Source: Eledone cirrhosa (Eukaryota). From it: DNA of 64,000 nt. The DNA lies in assembly GCA_964016885.1 (NCBI GenBank), contig OZ024742.1, forward strand, positions 65,720,001-65,784,000, in the 5' to 3' direction. Shown here piece after piece: positions 1-14,687 of the stretch; positions within the stretch are counted from its first letter, which is position 1, and each line of letters starts with the position of its first letter. Both the position numbers and the translations under genes were made by a program. Below the pieces are notes generated by a model. It ran no database searches and was not told the origin of the DNA. It worked only from the letters and a program-made list of their open reading frames with translations.

Positions 1-12
1 ATACATACATAG

Positions 13-53
<41 letters not shown>

Positions 54-220
54 GTGTACATCCATATATACATACGCACACGACATATAAAAATATACAA
101 ATATGCACACATAATATAAATATTTATATATGTATGTATACATATGCACTTCTTACACACCACATACACACACACATATACATATACATACATATATATA
201 TATATGAATATACATCATCC

Positions 221-314
<94 letters not shown>

Positions 315-849
315 TTTATGTTTTCCATAAGATGTTAATGAATAAAAACTGCATACTTCGAATATAATTCAATACCATTTTATTATTAATATATATTACC
401 CCAACCCCCACTACCAGAAATAAATTCGTTTTCCAATTAAATTTAATTCAGTGTTTCGAAAATCACTTTGTGGGAATTTCATATCATCATTTGCCCCTTG
501 TTCTAGACGATTCTATAGAAATCCCAATATAAAAAATAAAAAGTTAGGTATAAGGAAATTACATGACAACAATGTATCTGAATGTCTATATATATATACA
601 CACAAACGCACATATATATAAATATACATATATACACAGACACACATATATATATATATATATAAATATATTATAAATATATGTGTATATGTATATCATA
701 TAATGTTTGGGTATATATATATTATACATATATTATATATATATGTATAATATACGCATATATATATATATATATACATATGACATATATATATAATATA
801 TGTATAATATATATATATATATATATATATACACAAACATTATATAATC

Positions 850-1035
850 GGTGAATTGGCAGTATCGGTGGAGGGTTGGTCGCCATGCCTTCTAGCATAG
901 TTACGTCCCTTTACGGTCTGAGTTCAAATCCCGCCAAGGTTAACTTTGCCTTTCATCCTTACGGGGTCGATAAAATAAAGTACCAGTAGTGTACTGGGTA
1001 ATTGCTGGCCTTGTGCCTAAAGTATAAACAATTAT
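850..1035 (+). mobile_element. tRNA-derived SINE, octopus-type family A
   Basis: B-box-like GAGTTCAAATCC followed by conserved core tttcatccttacggggtcgataaaataaagtaccagt; same core recurs elsewhere in the window. Confidence 0.75.
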
Positions 1036-1543
1036 ATAATATACATATATACATATATTTATAATATATATATATATATATATATATAAATCATGCACAC
1101 AAACACATTTAGAATGAAACGGGATAATACTTGTATGCAGGCACTCGCAAACAATAAAACTTAATAAGATGTTCACTCGCCTAATTCACTCAAATACACA
1201 AAAGACCCTCCTCACTTTCTCGAGCGCATGTGAACAAATTCCCACACTCATACATAAACACAAACGCTCAAGCACACACGGATAGAAACACATCCACAAA
1301 CTTGTGTTACCACGTGGACAGACACACAATTGCGCGCATAAATACTCTCACTTATGCAGTACAACACACATATTCTCAGTCACATGCATTCATATATATG
1401 TGTGTGTTGCGGGTGGGTCGTAAACTGGTGATGATGATACATATGTATATATACATACATACGCACACACACACACATATATATATATATGCATATATAT
1501 ATAGAGAGAATAGAAAACGCCTATGGAAGCATCGTAGCTGCCA

Positions 1544-1607
<64 letters not shown>

Positions 1608-1625
1608 ACATATATATATAGGTAA

Positions 1626-1772
1626 GTTATTCCGGGTTGAATCGGAGGTAACCACAGGAAGTAAGGTACTCAATACATAACAGAGTATAAAAGTTTTAAT
1701 ATAGATGATATTCTACAGGACTAGAACTGTTTCATTCTTTAGAAATCATCAGGAATCTGGCTTTCCAAAATA

Positions 1773-1775
<3 letters not shown>
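1626..1775 (-). mobile_element. Penelope pLTR-like non-coding module, family H1
   Basis: Near-identical to 20844-20995 and 40824-40970; flanked by (TA)n; carries a hammerhead. Confidence 0.7.
1710..1756 (-). ncRNA. Type I hammerhead ribozyme, family H1
   Basis: Minus strand attc-CTGATGA-tttctaaagaat-GAAA-cag ttctagtc ctg-TA-gaat; stems I, II and III pair; GUA cleavage triplet. Confidence 0.8.
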
Positions 1776-1824
<49 letters not shown>

Positions 1825-1825
1825 T

Positions 1826-2022
1826 AACGAAGAAAGTGTGGTAAGGAACCAGATGGACCATAACGCACCAGAGTACTCAATACTTAGAGTAGTAGAGTGG
1901 GTAATAGGAAAATGTTTAACTCCGACGGCAGAGCTCAAGCTGTTTTGACGGCTATTTCTGGAGTCCAGAAATAGCCGCCGAAACGGCTTGAGCTCTGCCG
2001 TCGCGATTAAACATTTTCCTAT
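1826..2022. mobile_element. Family H2 pLTR-like fragment ending in a fold-back palindrome (about 1905-2022)
   Basis: Homologous to 19072-19210; both arms carry the 3' half of an HHR (GAAAcggc...gccgTC); pivot ctgga-g-tccag. Confidence 0.7.
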
Positions 2023-2402
2023 ATATAAATATATATATATACACACACACTCATATATTTATATATATATATATATATATATATACGCACACTCATATAT
2101 ATATATGTATATATATATATATAAAGAGAGAGATTTTACACGCGATATAATAGTGACAAATTTTATTTTGCTGTAAATTGCAGGATACTCGTAGAGCAAT
2201 TTCTATATCAATATATCGATTATGCACTCAATATATCGACAGATCTCTCTTTTTCAATTTCTCCCCCTCACTCTCAATGTGTGTGTAAATATATGTATAC
2301 ATATAAAAACACATACATATATATATATATGACACATATATGACTTTGTATGTATGTGTGTGTATATATGTGTCTATCTATTTTATCTATACATACATCC
2401 TT

Positions 2403-2463
<61 letters not shown>

Positions 2464-2780
2464 CACATAGACGCATATATAATCTATGTTTGTATTTATT
2501 GATCTTAATGAATCGATTATAATATCTATCAATGCTCTCTCGGCTAGTCATAGAATCAATCAACTGATCAATCAGTCAGCTCATCATTCAAATAGCGAGT
2601 CAGTCAATTATTTTGTCATTCATTGATATACGTCAGTGTATCAATCAATGAAACCTCTAGCATATCACCCAATGTACGAGCACGCAATAAAGCCTCGTAT
2701 TAGTCAATCAAATAACCATTGAATCAATCATTCAATGAATTAACGAAACATATCACTGAATCCATTAATAATACATTTAG

Positions 2781-4620
2781 TAATTTATCACTCTAGAAAA
2801 TAATGGTTACCTGAACCAATTTCATGATCTATCAATCAAATAATTTGTTAATTTATCACTCTAGAAAATAATGGTTACCTGAACCAATTTCATGATCTAT
2901 CAATCAAATAATTTGTTAATTTATCACTCTAGAAAATAATGGTTACCTGAACCAATTTCATGATCTATCAATCAAATAATTTGTTAATTTATCACTCTAG
3001 AAAATAATGGTTACCTGAACCAATTTCATGATCTATCAATCAAATAATTTGTTAATTTATCACTCTAGAAAATAATGGTTACCTGAACCAATTTCATGAT
3101 CTATCAATCAAATAATTTGTTAATTTATCACTCTAGAAAATAATGGTTACCTGAACCAATTTCATGATCTATCAATCAAATAATTTGTTAATTTATCACT
3201 CTAGAAAATAATGGTTACCTGAACCAATTTCATGATCTATCAATCAAATAATTTGTTAATTTATCACTCTAGAAAATAATGGTTACCTGAACCAATTTCA
3301 TGATCTATCAATCAAATAATTTGTTAATTTATCACTCTAGAAAATAATGGTTACCTGAACCAATTTCATGATCTATCAATCAAATAATTTGTTAATTTAT
3401 CACTCTAGAAAATAATGGTTACCTGAACCAATTTCATGATCTATCAATCAAATAATTTGTTAATTTATCACTCTAGAAAATAATGGTTACCTGAACCAAT
3501 TTCATGATCTATCAATCAAATAATTTGTTAATTTATCACTCTAGAAAATAATGGTTACCTGAACCAATTTCATGATCTATCAATCAAATAATTTGTTAAT
3601 TTATCACTCTAGAAAATAATGGTTACCTGAACCAATTTCATGATCTATCAATCAAATAATTTGTTAATTTATCACTCTAGAAAATAATGGTTACCTGAAC
3701 CAATTTCATGATCTATCAATCAAATAATTTGTTAATTTATCACTCTAGAAAATAATGGTTACCTGAACCAATTTCATGATCTATCAATCAAATAATTTGT
3801 TAATTTATCACTCTAGAAAATAATGGTTACCTGAACCAATTTCATGATCTATCAATCAAATAATTTGTTAATTTATCACTCTAGAAAATAATGGTTACCT
3901 GAACCAATTTCATGATCTATCAATCAAATAATTTGTTAATTTATCACTCTAGAAAATAATGGTTACCTGAACCAATTTCATGATCTATCAATCAAATAAT
4001 TTGTTAATTTATCACTCTAGAAAATAATGGTTACCTGAACCAATTTCATGATCTATCAATCAAATAATTTGTTAATTTATCACTCTAGAAAATAATGGTT
4101 ACCTGAACCAATTTCATGATCTATCAATCAAATAATTTGTTAATTTATCACTCTAGAAAATAATGGTTACCTGAACCAATTTCATGATCTATCAATCAAA
4201 TAATTTGTTAATTTATCACTCTAGAAAATAATGGTTACCTGAACCAATTTCATGATCTATCAATCAAATAATTTGTTAATTTATCACTCTAGAAAATAAT
4301 GGTTACCTGAACCAATTTCATGATCTATCAATCAAATAATTTGTTAATTTATCACTCTAGAAAATAATGGTTACCTGAACCAATTTCATGATCTATCAAT
4401 CAAATAATTTGTTGATTTATCACTCTAGAAAATAATGGTTACCTGAACCAATTTCATGATCTATCAATCAAGTAATTTGTTAATTTAACACTCTAGAAAA
4501 TAATGGTTACATCAACTAATTTCATAATCTATAAATGAAAGAATTGTTTAATTTATCACTCTAGTAAATAATAGTTAAATCAAATAATTTATTGATCTGT
4601 CAATGAAGGCATTGGTTAGT
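2781..4620. repeat. 68-bp tandem satellite, about 27 copies
   Basis: Unit taatttatcactctagaaaataatggttacctgaaccaatttcatgatctatcaatcaaataatttgt; about 24 apparently identical copies (2781-4412), then about 3 decaying copies. Confidence 0.95.
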
Positions 4621-5059
4621 TTGTCATTCACTCATTAAATCAATGAATTATTCTACCAACCAATAATTCAATCTATTTTAAATCATCCAACGAAGTAGAT
4701 AATTATTAATTCAACCAGAAAATCAGTCAACCACTCTTTAGGTCAATCGTTTAATCTCAATCAGATTATAGCTAATTAATCTTACTGTACACTGTACACC
4801 AGACAGTTAAATAATCGCTATAGGAATGAAGAGTAGCGTAATGTAAGTAGTTTTTATTAATCTATTTTGTCTACAACTTTCACGATACCGAGTTCATATC
4901 CTCCTCGGTTTATATGTAACTAGTAGGAGCGAGGGGTTGGGCTGGATTTGCCGACAAAAATGTCTCCTCGCTTTTGTAACCAAGTTCATATCTGGCCAGA
5001 TTGATCTATTTCTCATGAGAGAGGATTTTATTTCTCGTGTGAGATGGGGTACCATTCAT

Positions 5060-5365
5060 TTATTTGACCCGTAACTCTTGATGGTATCTGGACATAACAG
5101 ATTTCTTTCAGAGAAGGATAGCGTGTGGCTGTGTGTGTATGTGTGTGTGTGAGAGAGAGAGAGAGAGACAGACGGGGGGGGGGGGGAAGAGAGATAGAGG
5201 AAGTGAAAATGAAAAACAAAGGAAGAATCGACCCAGTACAAGACTGGTACATTTTTATCGACATCGAAAGGATGAAATACAAAGTTGATCTCGGCGGATT
5301 TGAACTGAGAGTGCCGAGAGCTAGATCAAATACCACAAAGCATTCTATTCGACGTTCTAATGACT
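5060..5365 (-). mobile_element. SINE family A, diverged
   Basis: actggtacatttttatcgacatcgaaaggatgaaa...gcggatttgaact is the reverse complement of the SINE core and B-box. Confidence 0.65.
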
Positions 5366-6125
5366 TGGGTATGGTCACGTCAAAATATTCCCCCAGTTAT
5401 ATGTCTGTATCAGTGATACAAAGCGGTCAATTATTGATTCCTAACATTAGTATCATGTCATACATTTTTGGGAAGGCTGAAATTGGTTAAATTGACCCAC
5501 AATTTCGATGCTACTATTTTAACAATCCCTGTATCGCGGAAAGATGAAAAACAATTTTGATCTCGGTAGAGGTTCAACTCAGAACCTAAAGTGATGTGAT
5601 TAAATACTCTAATGCATTTTGTCAACGCTCCTCTAACGACTCTGTCGAGCTACATCCCTTTATGTGGTTAATAGTAAGATATAATGGAAAAAAAATGGTG
5701 ATGTAGAGGTTATGATGCGGACAGATATATAGGCTATGGTGGTTGCATTGGGTGTTGTAGGTAGTAAGATAGATAATTAAAGGAAAAGAGAGAGAGAGAG
5801 AGAGAAATAGATAGATAGATAGATATATAGATATGTTTCTTTATTAGCCACAGGGGCACAAAAGAAGGGGACAAATACAAAGGGGGAAGGTTACATACAA
5901 TAAAAACGTGTAAAATATTATCACAAATGCAATTTAAAAATTAGTCGATTTTCCCCAATAGGGGGAGACATTACATATGGGTAACACATACCCCCGGAAA
6001 AAAATGTGCAACCCTCATCTCCAGGAGTACGAAGAGTTTGTACTCCTTTCCTCTCCTCCTCTTTTTCCTCAACCTACAGGCTGATATAGAGAGATAGATA
6101 GGTAGATAGACAGATAGATAGATAG

Positions 6126-6175
<50 letters not shown>

Positions 6176-8169
6176 CGAGAGATTGAGGTGTGTGTGTGTG
6201 GGGGGGGGGGGCATGGAGCATAAGTAAACGTTTTTGTTGTAGTTTAGCTCAGACCTTCACAGACTGAGTAAAGATATGTTCAAAGTTATTCCAATAGTAA
6301 CCACCGCATCTATTTTCAGAAATAGTCCTTCAATTTTTAAGAAGGGAGGATGCGATCCGAGGGAGGGTTACTCACTTTTTCTAGCAAGTCATGTGATTAC
6401 GTAGAAAATACCCCGATATATTTCTATGTATATGTAGTATACACCATGTATGAAATATGCGTGTCTCTGTGTACGTGTAAATGAGATACGAAAACATAAC
6501 ATAAACCAGAACTCTGTTTATTTAAACAATAAAAATTACATTACAATGTCACAATGACATTTCTTTCGCACACATACACACAAACAAATACAAACGTAAA
6601 TATACACACAGTTAGACATACAGATAGATATGCATATACATACACACGGGTGATGTACACATACCGATAGATGGAGATAGATTCACAGACACTCAGGTTC
6701 AGACACACTCATGCCCATACATATACAAACACGTAACCATATACACAGAGGCACCCAGACACACATATAAACACATATACACATATAATTGCACTTACAC
6801 AGGTGTATTATGGGTGAGAAAGAAAAGCTGGTCCACTAACAGGTGGCTGCCTAAATGTGAACATTTTAACGTGAATTGTGATTCCTGTTTATATTGTCAA
6901 AAACATTTAACAGTTTTACGAATGCAATGAACAGGTCCTGGTGTTACACCTTATTCTTCTTCGCGAAACTTCTTCAATCAAAGATCATGGCGACACGTCT
7001 TCGAGTTATGTAAAGATGTATTGGGATTTTGTAATGTTTTCTGATGCTGATTGTACGATCATCTTGAGTAGGATTTTCGCCAATCTTTTCCCAACAATGG
7101 ACAAGGAGTGTTATATCTGCACTGTTAAGGCAAATGTATTTGTCTCCTCTGTTTACGAATATGTTCACACAATTGAATTATACATTTCTGATTCTATAAT
7201 ACTATGATATCCGGATAAACTGCCCTTGTGAAAATGTAACTACCATTCCCTGAAAATCTCTGTTGAAATATTGTTTGGTTCAGAAGCTTCCGTGTTTCAG
7301 AATGTTTTTAGGGCAACAAATATTTTCAAAGGCTGCTAGCTTGTCAAGATAGCGTATGATTAGTATTTTACAAAATTCCACAACAGCTGATGGAATCACC
7401 GATTTATTCTAGTTTAGAAGTTGTTTGAAGCATTCTTCCCTGCGCTCAACTATTACTGACTAGTCTTTCTGTAGATATCTGCAACTTAATGCCACATACA
7501 TAAAAACAAAAACACACCAAATATACACAATCTTATACACACATACATCTCAACACACACTCATCAGTATACAAACATCAACACAGTCAGATAGAAAAAC
7601 ATACCAACACACTCACATCAACAGACAAACCAATAACAGATACACATTAACTCTCTGCTGCATCAAATAATATACACTTACACTCACATACAAAGAAATC
7701 AAGTAGTACAAACAGATGTACATACACATATGTAAACACACAGTAAAGTCAGTGACCTAAAGAAGCCCCCTAGCACCTATTTGCTCATCACAAGGCAATA
7801 AATTATGGTTATTGATATATCTATTTATACGTCATCTTCAGATCAGCCAGTTAAAACCAAGCTTTCAGACACTTGGTAAATATGTTGCTGTTGGTACTGT
7901 TGTTTTAGATTGTTAGTTTTTCTGTTGTATATATTACTGTTGTTACATTGCTGTTGTAATTAATGTTCTGTTTGCTGGAGAACTGTAATTTCTGAAGGAC
8001 TTAAATTCAGCTGGAAAAAGGCACTGGAAGACTGCCAATGTTTAATACAACTTATCTACTTGTATTTATCTATGCATGTTTACACGCACACACGCACAGA
8101 CACACATACATAGACACGGACACAGACACACACACACACAAAGATAGACACACACAGACACACACACAG

Positions 8170-8245
<76 letters not shown>

Positions 8246-8466
8246 ACACACATATATATATAAATATATATGTAGATGTATATATCCATTTTGATATTTG
8301 GTGTTGATTTCTCAAATTGCCGGTTAGAGAGAGAGTGGCAAAATCCCGACTCTTGGTGCCGTGTTCGGGATTTTACCTATCTCTATACCCACTCTGCATC
8401 TCCCCCATGCATCGAGTACTCTCATTAGTGGTCTCCGTGTTCTCAGCATCGCAGATTCTCTCTCTC

Positions 8467-8500
<34 letters not shown>

Positions 8501-8505
<5 letters not shown>

Positions 8506-8652
8506 TTCGACAGCTAGATCCGAGCTGTCGAAACGGCAGGAGCTCAGCTGTCATGATCCTGACTCTTTTCCTATTACCCACTCTGCTACCCTAAGTATTG
8601 AGTACTCTGGTGCGTTATAGTCCACCTGGTTCCTTACCACACTTTCTTCGTT
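8501..8652 (+). mobile_element. Family H2 pLTR-like fragment with short inverted start and partial HHR
   Basis: gccgtttcgacagct-agatccg-agctgtcGAAAcggc...gctgTC followed by the H2 tail; (TA)n flanks. Confidence 0.65.
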
Positions 8653-9392
8653 ATATATATATACACACATATTGTGATGATACGATCGTAAGAACGTCAG
8701 ATTAATCCTCGACAGCACACAATGTCCTTGAGCAAGAGACTCTATTTCAAATTAATTCAGTCCACACAATTCGCAAGATGAGTTATACATACTCTTCAGA
8801 CGATTGACTGTGGAAAAAATATGACATAAAACTGTCACCAAAATAATTGCATATATAGCGAGCAGTAATGCTATTCTGTCTGTCGTAATCTGCCGAGTCC
8901 TACACACACCGTTGTCATTACATTGCAATATTATGAGCTGCCAGTTGCGTCATCTACGCTCTATATTGAATATTTCCTGGCTATAATATATCTCCAACTA
9001 GTGGGACCAGCAGCATGCAAATATGACCAATGTTGAGCCCATCCTGCTGGAATAGCACTTGCGCTGGGTTGAACACGTGGTTCTTATTGTGGATTCAAGG
9101 ATTTTTAATACTGGGCTTTACAGCGATCTGAAATGTGGAAGCTGTCGAAGAGGACGTCTGAAGCTCTGTTATAAGAATTCATCAAACGAACCCCAAACGA
9201 AGTGGGTTGCCTAATTCCGATTAGATGGGGGAAGGCAGCCACAGATCATGAAATATGAAAGAGTACAGTAAAGAAGGGGGGAAACATTGGCAGAATCAAA
9301 CTGGGTGGAACAACAAAAACAAAGAAGTGAATGAGTGGGAAAGGTAAGAAGAGAGGAGAAGACAACAAAAGGGAGATAATGATATATGAATA

Positions 9393-9492
9393 CAGGGTGT
9401 CCCCCCAAATCTATACACACTTTTATTACCTGTGCAGGCAATATTCATTAGAATGCTGTTGAAGTGCGTATACGTTTTTTGTGGACACCCTT
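9393..9492. mobile_element. Tc1/mariner-type MITE
   Basis: TIRs cagggtgtcc...ggacaccct, TA flanks; similar to the ends of 42916-44119 and to about 35210-35282. Confidence 0.7.
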
Positions 9493-9510
9493 TATATCCT
9501 TATATATATA

Positions 9511-9669
<159 letters not shown>

Positions 9670-10944
9670 GCACACACACACACACTCTCACACATACGTA
9701 TGTATAATTTATGAATAGCTCATCGATCTCAGCAAAATGTAATGAAATTCGGCCGATGTCTTCCAATAGGTTACCACAACAACCAGAACTAATGGTACTG
9801 GTGCATGCCGCCTTCATGTCAAATCACTAAAGACCTTTAATAATTCTTCTTTACTAACGCTGTTAAAACCAGGACTTGAGCAAGCTTGTGTGATATCACA
9901 CAGAATGCACTATATGATACATGTGATATATGTGTGTGTATGTGTGTATGTGAGTGTGTATGTGTGTATGTGTGTATGTATGTGTGTGTGTGATTGTGCG
10001 TGTGTATGTATGGTGGGCAATGTTGATGGAGGAGCATCGATTAGGTACATTAGTAATGTGGTGTCTGAATGGTCAAAGCTCCTCAGCAAATATGGCTGCA
10101 TTCACTATTGCTGTTAGATGTTGGTTTGGTGAGGTTGCTGTCAAAGTTGTCTTTGTTTTGTTGTTGTTGTCACCGTTGTAGTTATTGATATAGTTGTTGA
10201 TTCTGTTGTTATTGTTATTGCTGTTCTTGTTAATATGGTTGTTATCATTATTATTTTTATGGTCGGTGTTACAGTTGTTATTGTTGTTGTTATTGTGATG
10301 GTGGTAGTGGTGGTTGTTATTGCTATTGCTGCAGCTGATGTTATTCAAACAGACATTACCATATGCATACACATGCAATAATTTCAATCCTATACACACG
10401 ACCAGATATTCACACACATACACATCTAGCGCATTAATACATGCACACACAAGCAAACAAAAATCATTAAAAAATATGTGATGACGTACACTGTATCACA
10501 AACAGTCCCACGTATGCACACAACAACACACAAACACCCATTCATACCCACAATCATTCGCACAAACACACACAAACCTATGCAAATACACTGCCACGCA
10601 CGCTCAGACAAACATTCAATCACACATTCACACACATAGCCACACAATCACACACATATACATAGTCCTGCAGTCACACACACAAATGTAGCCTCTTGGT
10701 TATATACACACATACAAAATCACCCCGTCATATATACATACACACAGCTACATTGACTTACGTAGTCACATTACTACATACACGTACACATGCGCATATA
10801 TATATATATATATATAGATATATATATATATTCGCATGTGTACGTGGTTTTTGTATGTGTGTATGTGACCAAGAGGCTACATTTGTGTGTGTGACTGATA
10901 TATATATATATATATATACAACCATATATAATCGTATATCAACA

Positions 10945-11135
10945 AATAATTGTTTCTACTTTTGGCACAAGGCCAGCAAATTACCCAGTGCATTACTGGT
11001 ACTTTATTTTATCGATCCCGTAAGGATGAAAGGCAAAGTTAACCTCGGCGGTATTTGAACTCAGAATGGCAAGGGCCGTAACTCTATGCGTCAAAGCATG
11101 GCGTCCGACCCTCTACCGATACAGCCAATCCACAT
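10945..11135 (-). mobile_element. SINE family A
   Basis: Reverse-complement copy of 850-1035. Confidence 0.75.
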
Positions 11136-11329
11136 ACTCACATAAAACATATCAGACAACACACATAATCATTGCTGTTGTTATAATGAGGCCCATGATA
11201 TTGTTAAAGTTTATTTTTTTTTTGTAATAGTTGTTTCTCTTTTGTTGTATTATGTACTTTTGTAATTGTTGTATTTCCTGTTGCTACCGCCGTTGTTGCT
11301 GTTGTTGTTTTTGTATCCGCTATAATGTG

Positions 11330-11630
11330 AAAGTACGTAGCTGACTGGTTAAGGTGTTGTGAGTTCGATTCCTGGCGGTGCGTTTTGTATCCTTGAGCAA
11401 GACACTTTATTAAACGTTATTACATCTACTCAGCTGGCAAGAATGATTTGTAATTATGATTCAAAGAAGTAGCCTTTTAACATACTGTGCTACGTTGAAT
11501 CTACCCCGAGAACAACGTTAAGGGTACTCAGTGAAATCCTCAGTCGCCTGCACGTTAGATCCATGGGTTGTTTCGTTTAATCAAACAACAGGAATACACC
11601 TCGTTGTAATCGAGAGAGGACGAATAATTA
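11330..11630 (+). mobile_element. tRNA-derived SINE family B
   Basis: A/B-box head (tggttaaggtg...gagttcgattcc) followed by ccttgagcaagacacttt; related copies at about 42213, 45490 and 52690-52870. Confidence 0.65.
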
Positions 11631-12399
11631 ATGTTCTTATTTATAGAAGGGTTTTAGTTACTGTTGTTTCAACTGATTTTGTTATAGCAACATTCATTCC
11701 AACTGTTGTTGTTGTGGCTGTTTTCATTTCTGTAAAGAGTTTTTGTTGTTGCTGAATCTTTCAACACAGTTTTTATTGTTGTTGGAATGACTGCGGTGAT
11801 TCGTTATGTAATACTCTTGGTGGTGTTGCTGCTGTAAATCTTTTTGTTATTGCTGATACTGTTATTTTATTTTTAATTGCTGCTGTGATATTTAATATAC
11901 TCCTATTAATGCTGCTGATGTAACTTTTGATGTTACTGTGTTTACACTTATTCCGGGTTTTATTATTGGCGTACATATTTGTGTTCATGAATATTTGCTG
12001 TACTAAGTTGTAAACTATTCAACATAAATATGCCGACGCCTCCCAATTTATATCCCGGTTTCTGCAAATATAATTCCTACGTGTACACACCCACCCAACC
12101 ACCCACAGACAAGCAGACAGACTCGCATACAGACACCCACACAAACACACACACACCACATAGAAGTTTAAATCCGCTTTTTCATGCATGTAACCTCATC
12201 GTAGATTTCAGCATTTTACGATTAGCCCTAACCACATTTTCCAGTTTTTTTCTGGGTTCTACATCTATTGCAGCTTCCTTCCATTGGTATTCCCTGACAA
12301 TTTCTCACCCACACACATCTCAAGTCCATACCAATGCAGTATTCTGTTCTTACACGACTCGTCGTTCATACACACTAAAATGACACATCGGATGGTGTT

Positions 12400-13260
12400 T
12401 GCTCATTCAACCTTTCTTCAGCCTTCGTATGCCCTTTGCCTTTATTGCTTATGTCTTGCTGTCAAGTGTAGATTATGCCTAAGTGAGTAGGTGTCATAAA
12501 ATCTACAATTGGCTCATAAAGAGAGTACCTTCATTGTCAAGAGAGGTAGACGTTTACTAAGCGTTTTTCAGTCTGTTCTCATTCTAGCTTCTATGATTCA
12601 GAGAAACTCCAACCTCAACTAATTAGGACACATAACTAACAGAAACTATCAACTATTTCTATGGTGCTCTCCTGTGATTAGACAACTTTAATTTCACTGC
12701 TCCTACTACCAACTATTCCTCTCCATATACTATCTCTTCTGTTATCATACCTATAATCCAACTCAACCTATTGTGAACACAATCTACATTCTGTACACTG
12801 TATAGAGTTCATATCCACCCCATTTCTACATATCTAGTACGTCTACTTCTCTAATTGAACCCAAATCGTGTCATCTTCCTTCTTACTACAACTTTGGTCT
12901 TTGCTAGGCTTACTGCTCTTTAAACTCTGCTGTTGGTGATCGAACTTTGTGAAGAAAAATATCCCATGTTGATGCGCAGTCTGCAATGGGCGGAGTTTAG
13001 CGTCAAAGTAGTAGGTAGTAGGCTTACGCTGAAACATTTCGATGTTAGATGTTGTTCTCACAACAGGAATTCCTTCTTAAGCTCTTCCACATATTCGGTT
13101 ATAAGACCTTCCCAAGTTTTGATATTTGATACTATGGCCAGACTTGAAAACTATAATAAAGTGGTGGAAGCTGAGTCTTCATAAACACCCACCTGCACAT
13201 TTAATTCCACACTAAACTCATTACCTGGTCATCCTTTACTGACAGCACATCTGTGCATAG
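12400..13260 (-). pseudogene. Degenerate LINE reverse transcriptase fragment
   Basis: Complex, coding-like sequence with LINE 3'-end-like remnants; many stops. Confidence 0.4.
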
Positions 13261-13285
13261 CTTGCATTGCTCTCACGCGCCACTC

Positions 13286-13330
<45 letters not shown>

Positions 13331-13953
13331 CTCCATACATCCGTGTAACTTACCACTTTTCAACCATCCTCTAACACCATTACCTATATAACTCACCCAC
13401 ACACACATCCCAAAACAAATTTTTTTATCCACACGCCACCCACACCCACAACACGCTTAAACCACACACACGTGCTTCCCACCACATATTTACACCCTCA
13501 GCCCCCTGATTCCTCTCCCCCACCCCCTATCCACACACGCACAGACCCTCCGACACACAACCCCCCCCCCCACACCTTCCTGAACATGCAACCCCGTTCT
13601 TCCCCCAACCCTCACTTTCACATACACACACACACACACACACGCACACCTAACCACACACACCACCTTCAGCCCTCCCCGCTCGGACACCCCGTCTCCC
13701 TCTCCCCACTCCACCCGCCTCCACCTCTACTCACCCCACACCCTTCCACCACCTGTTTACCCCCCTTTTAATTTCAGTTTATTTTGATCATGCCTTTATT
13801 TTTAAATGTTCTCATTCCTTGTATTTTGATCATGCTTTATTTTTATTTATTATTTATTATAATTTTGTCTTTATTTGTTAATTTTTCATTCGCACCGTTT
13901 CCTTTCGCTATATGTCTCTCCACCACTCCCCTACACACCTTTTGAACTCTTAC

Positions 13954-13984
13954 CTGAAGAAGGGCTTATGCCCGAAACGTCGTC
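13954..13984 (+). ncRNA. Minimal hammerhead-like core (stem I not evident)
   Basis: CTGAAGA-a-gggc ttat gccc-GAAA-cgtcg-TC, followed by aataaa and (TA)n. Confidence 0.5.
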
Positions 13985-14068
13985 CTCCACCTACCCCCCA
14001 CTCTCCTGAGCGTGAAGCTAATAAACATTTGTCGTACTGCCTCTCTGTTCTGTCCCTGTTCAATTTTT

Positions 14069-14106
<38 letters not shown>

Positions 14107-14202
14107 CGGCGATGAATTAGTTTTGCGAGGTTTTTGATATGAAATCGTGCGTCGAAGTATAAGAATATATATATATATATATGTATATATTATATATATA
14201 TA

Positions 14203-14247
<45 letters not shown>

Positions 14248-14567
14248 ATATGGGGTGGGGTGGCGTAAATGCATGATAAACTATAGGGTTTACTTGTTAA
14301 AATGATATTCATGGCAACGAAGCAAATGGAGTGAAATAGTTGTTTTCTATGATAGAAGCTGAATGTTTATAAATCCCTTGTAGAACATCTCCATTTTTCT
14401 CTACTTAAGGAGGTTGTTAATAGAGCTGCCGATTATGATATTGATGTATAACTGTAAAAAATGAAATATTTGATACACATTACTTTCTTCAAGTTTACTT
14501 CACTGTTTAATTTGTTAAGTGGAGAGGGTTGCTGTGGTAGCAGAAAGTAAAGGCTAGATAGGACAGC

Positions 14568-14687
<120 letters not shown>

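Noticed and set aside
2781-4620. CRISPR-like array
   Set aside because: Units are contiguous and identical with no unique spacers; no cas genes; eukaryotic context
6840-7480. Possible hAT transposase relic (also about 31950-32830)
   Set aside because: Coding-like composition but too degenerate to assign motifs without a search
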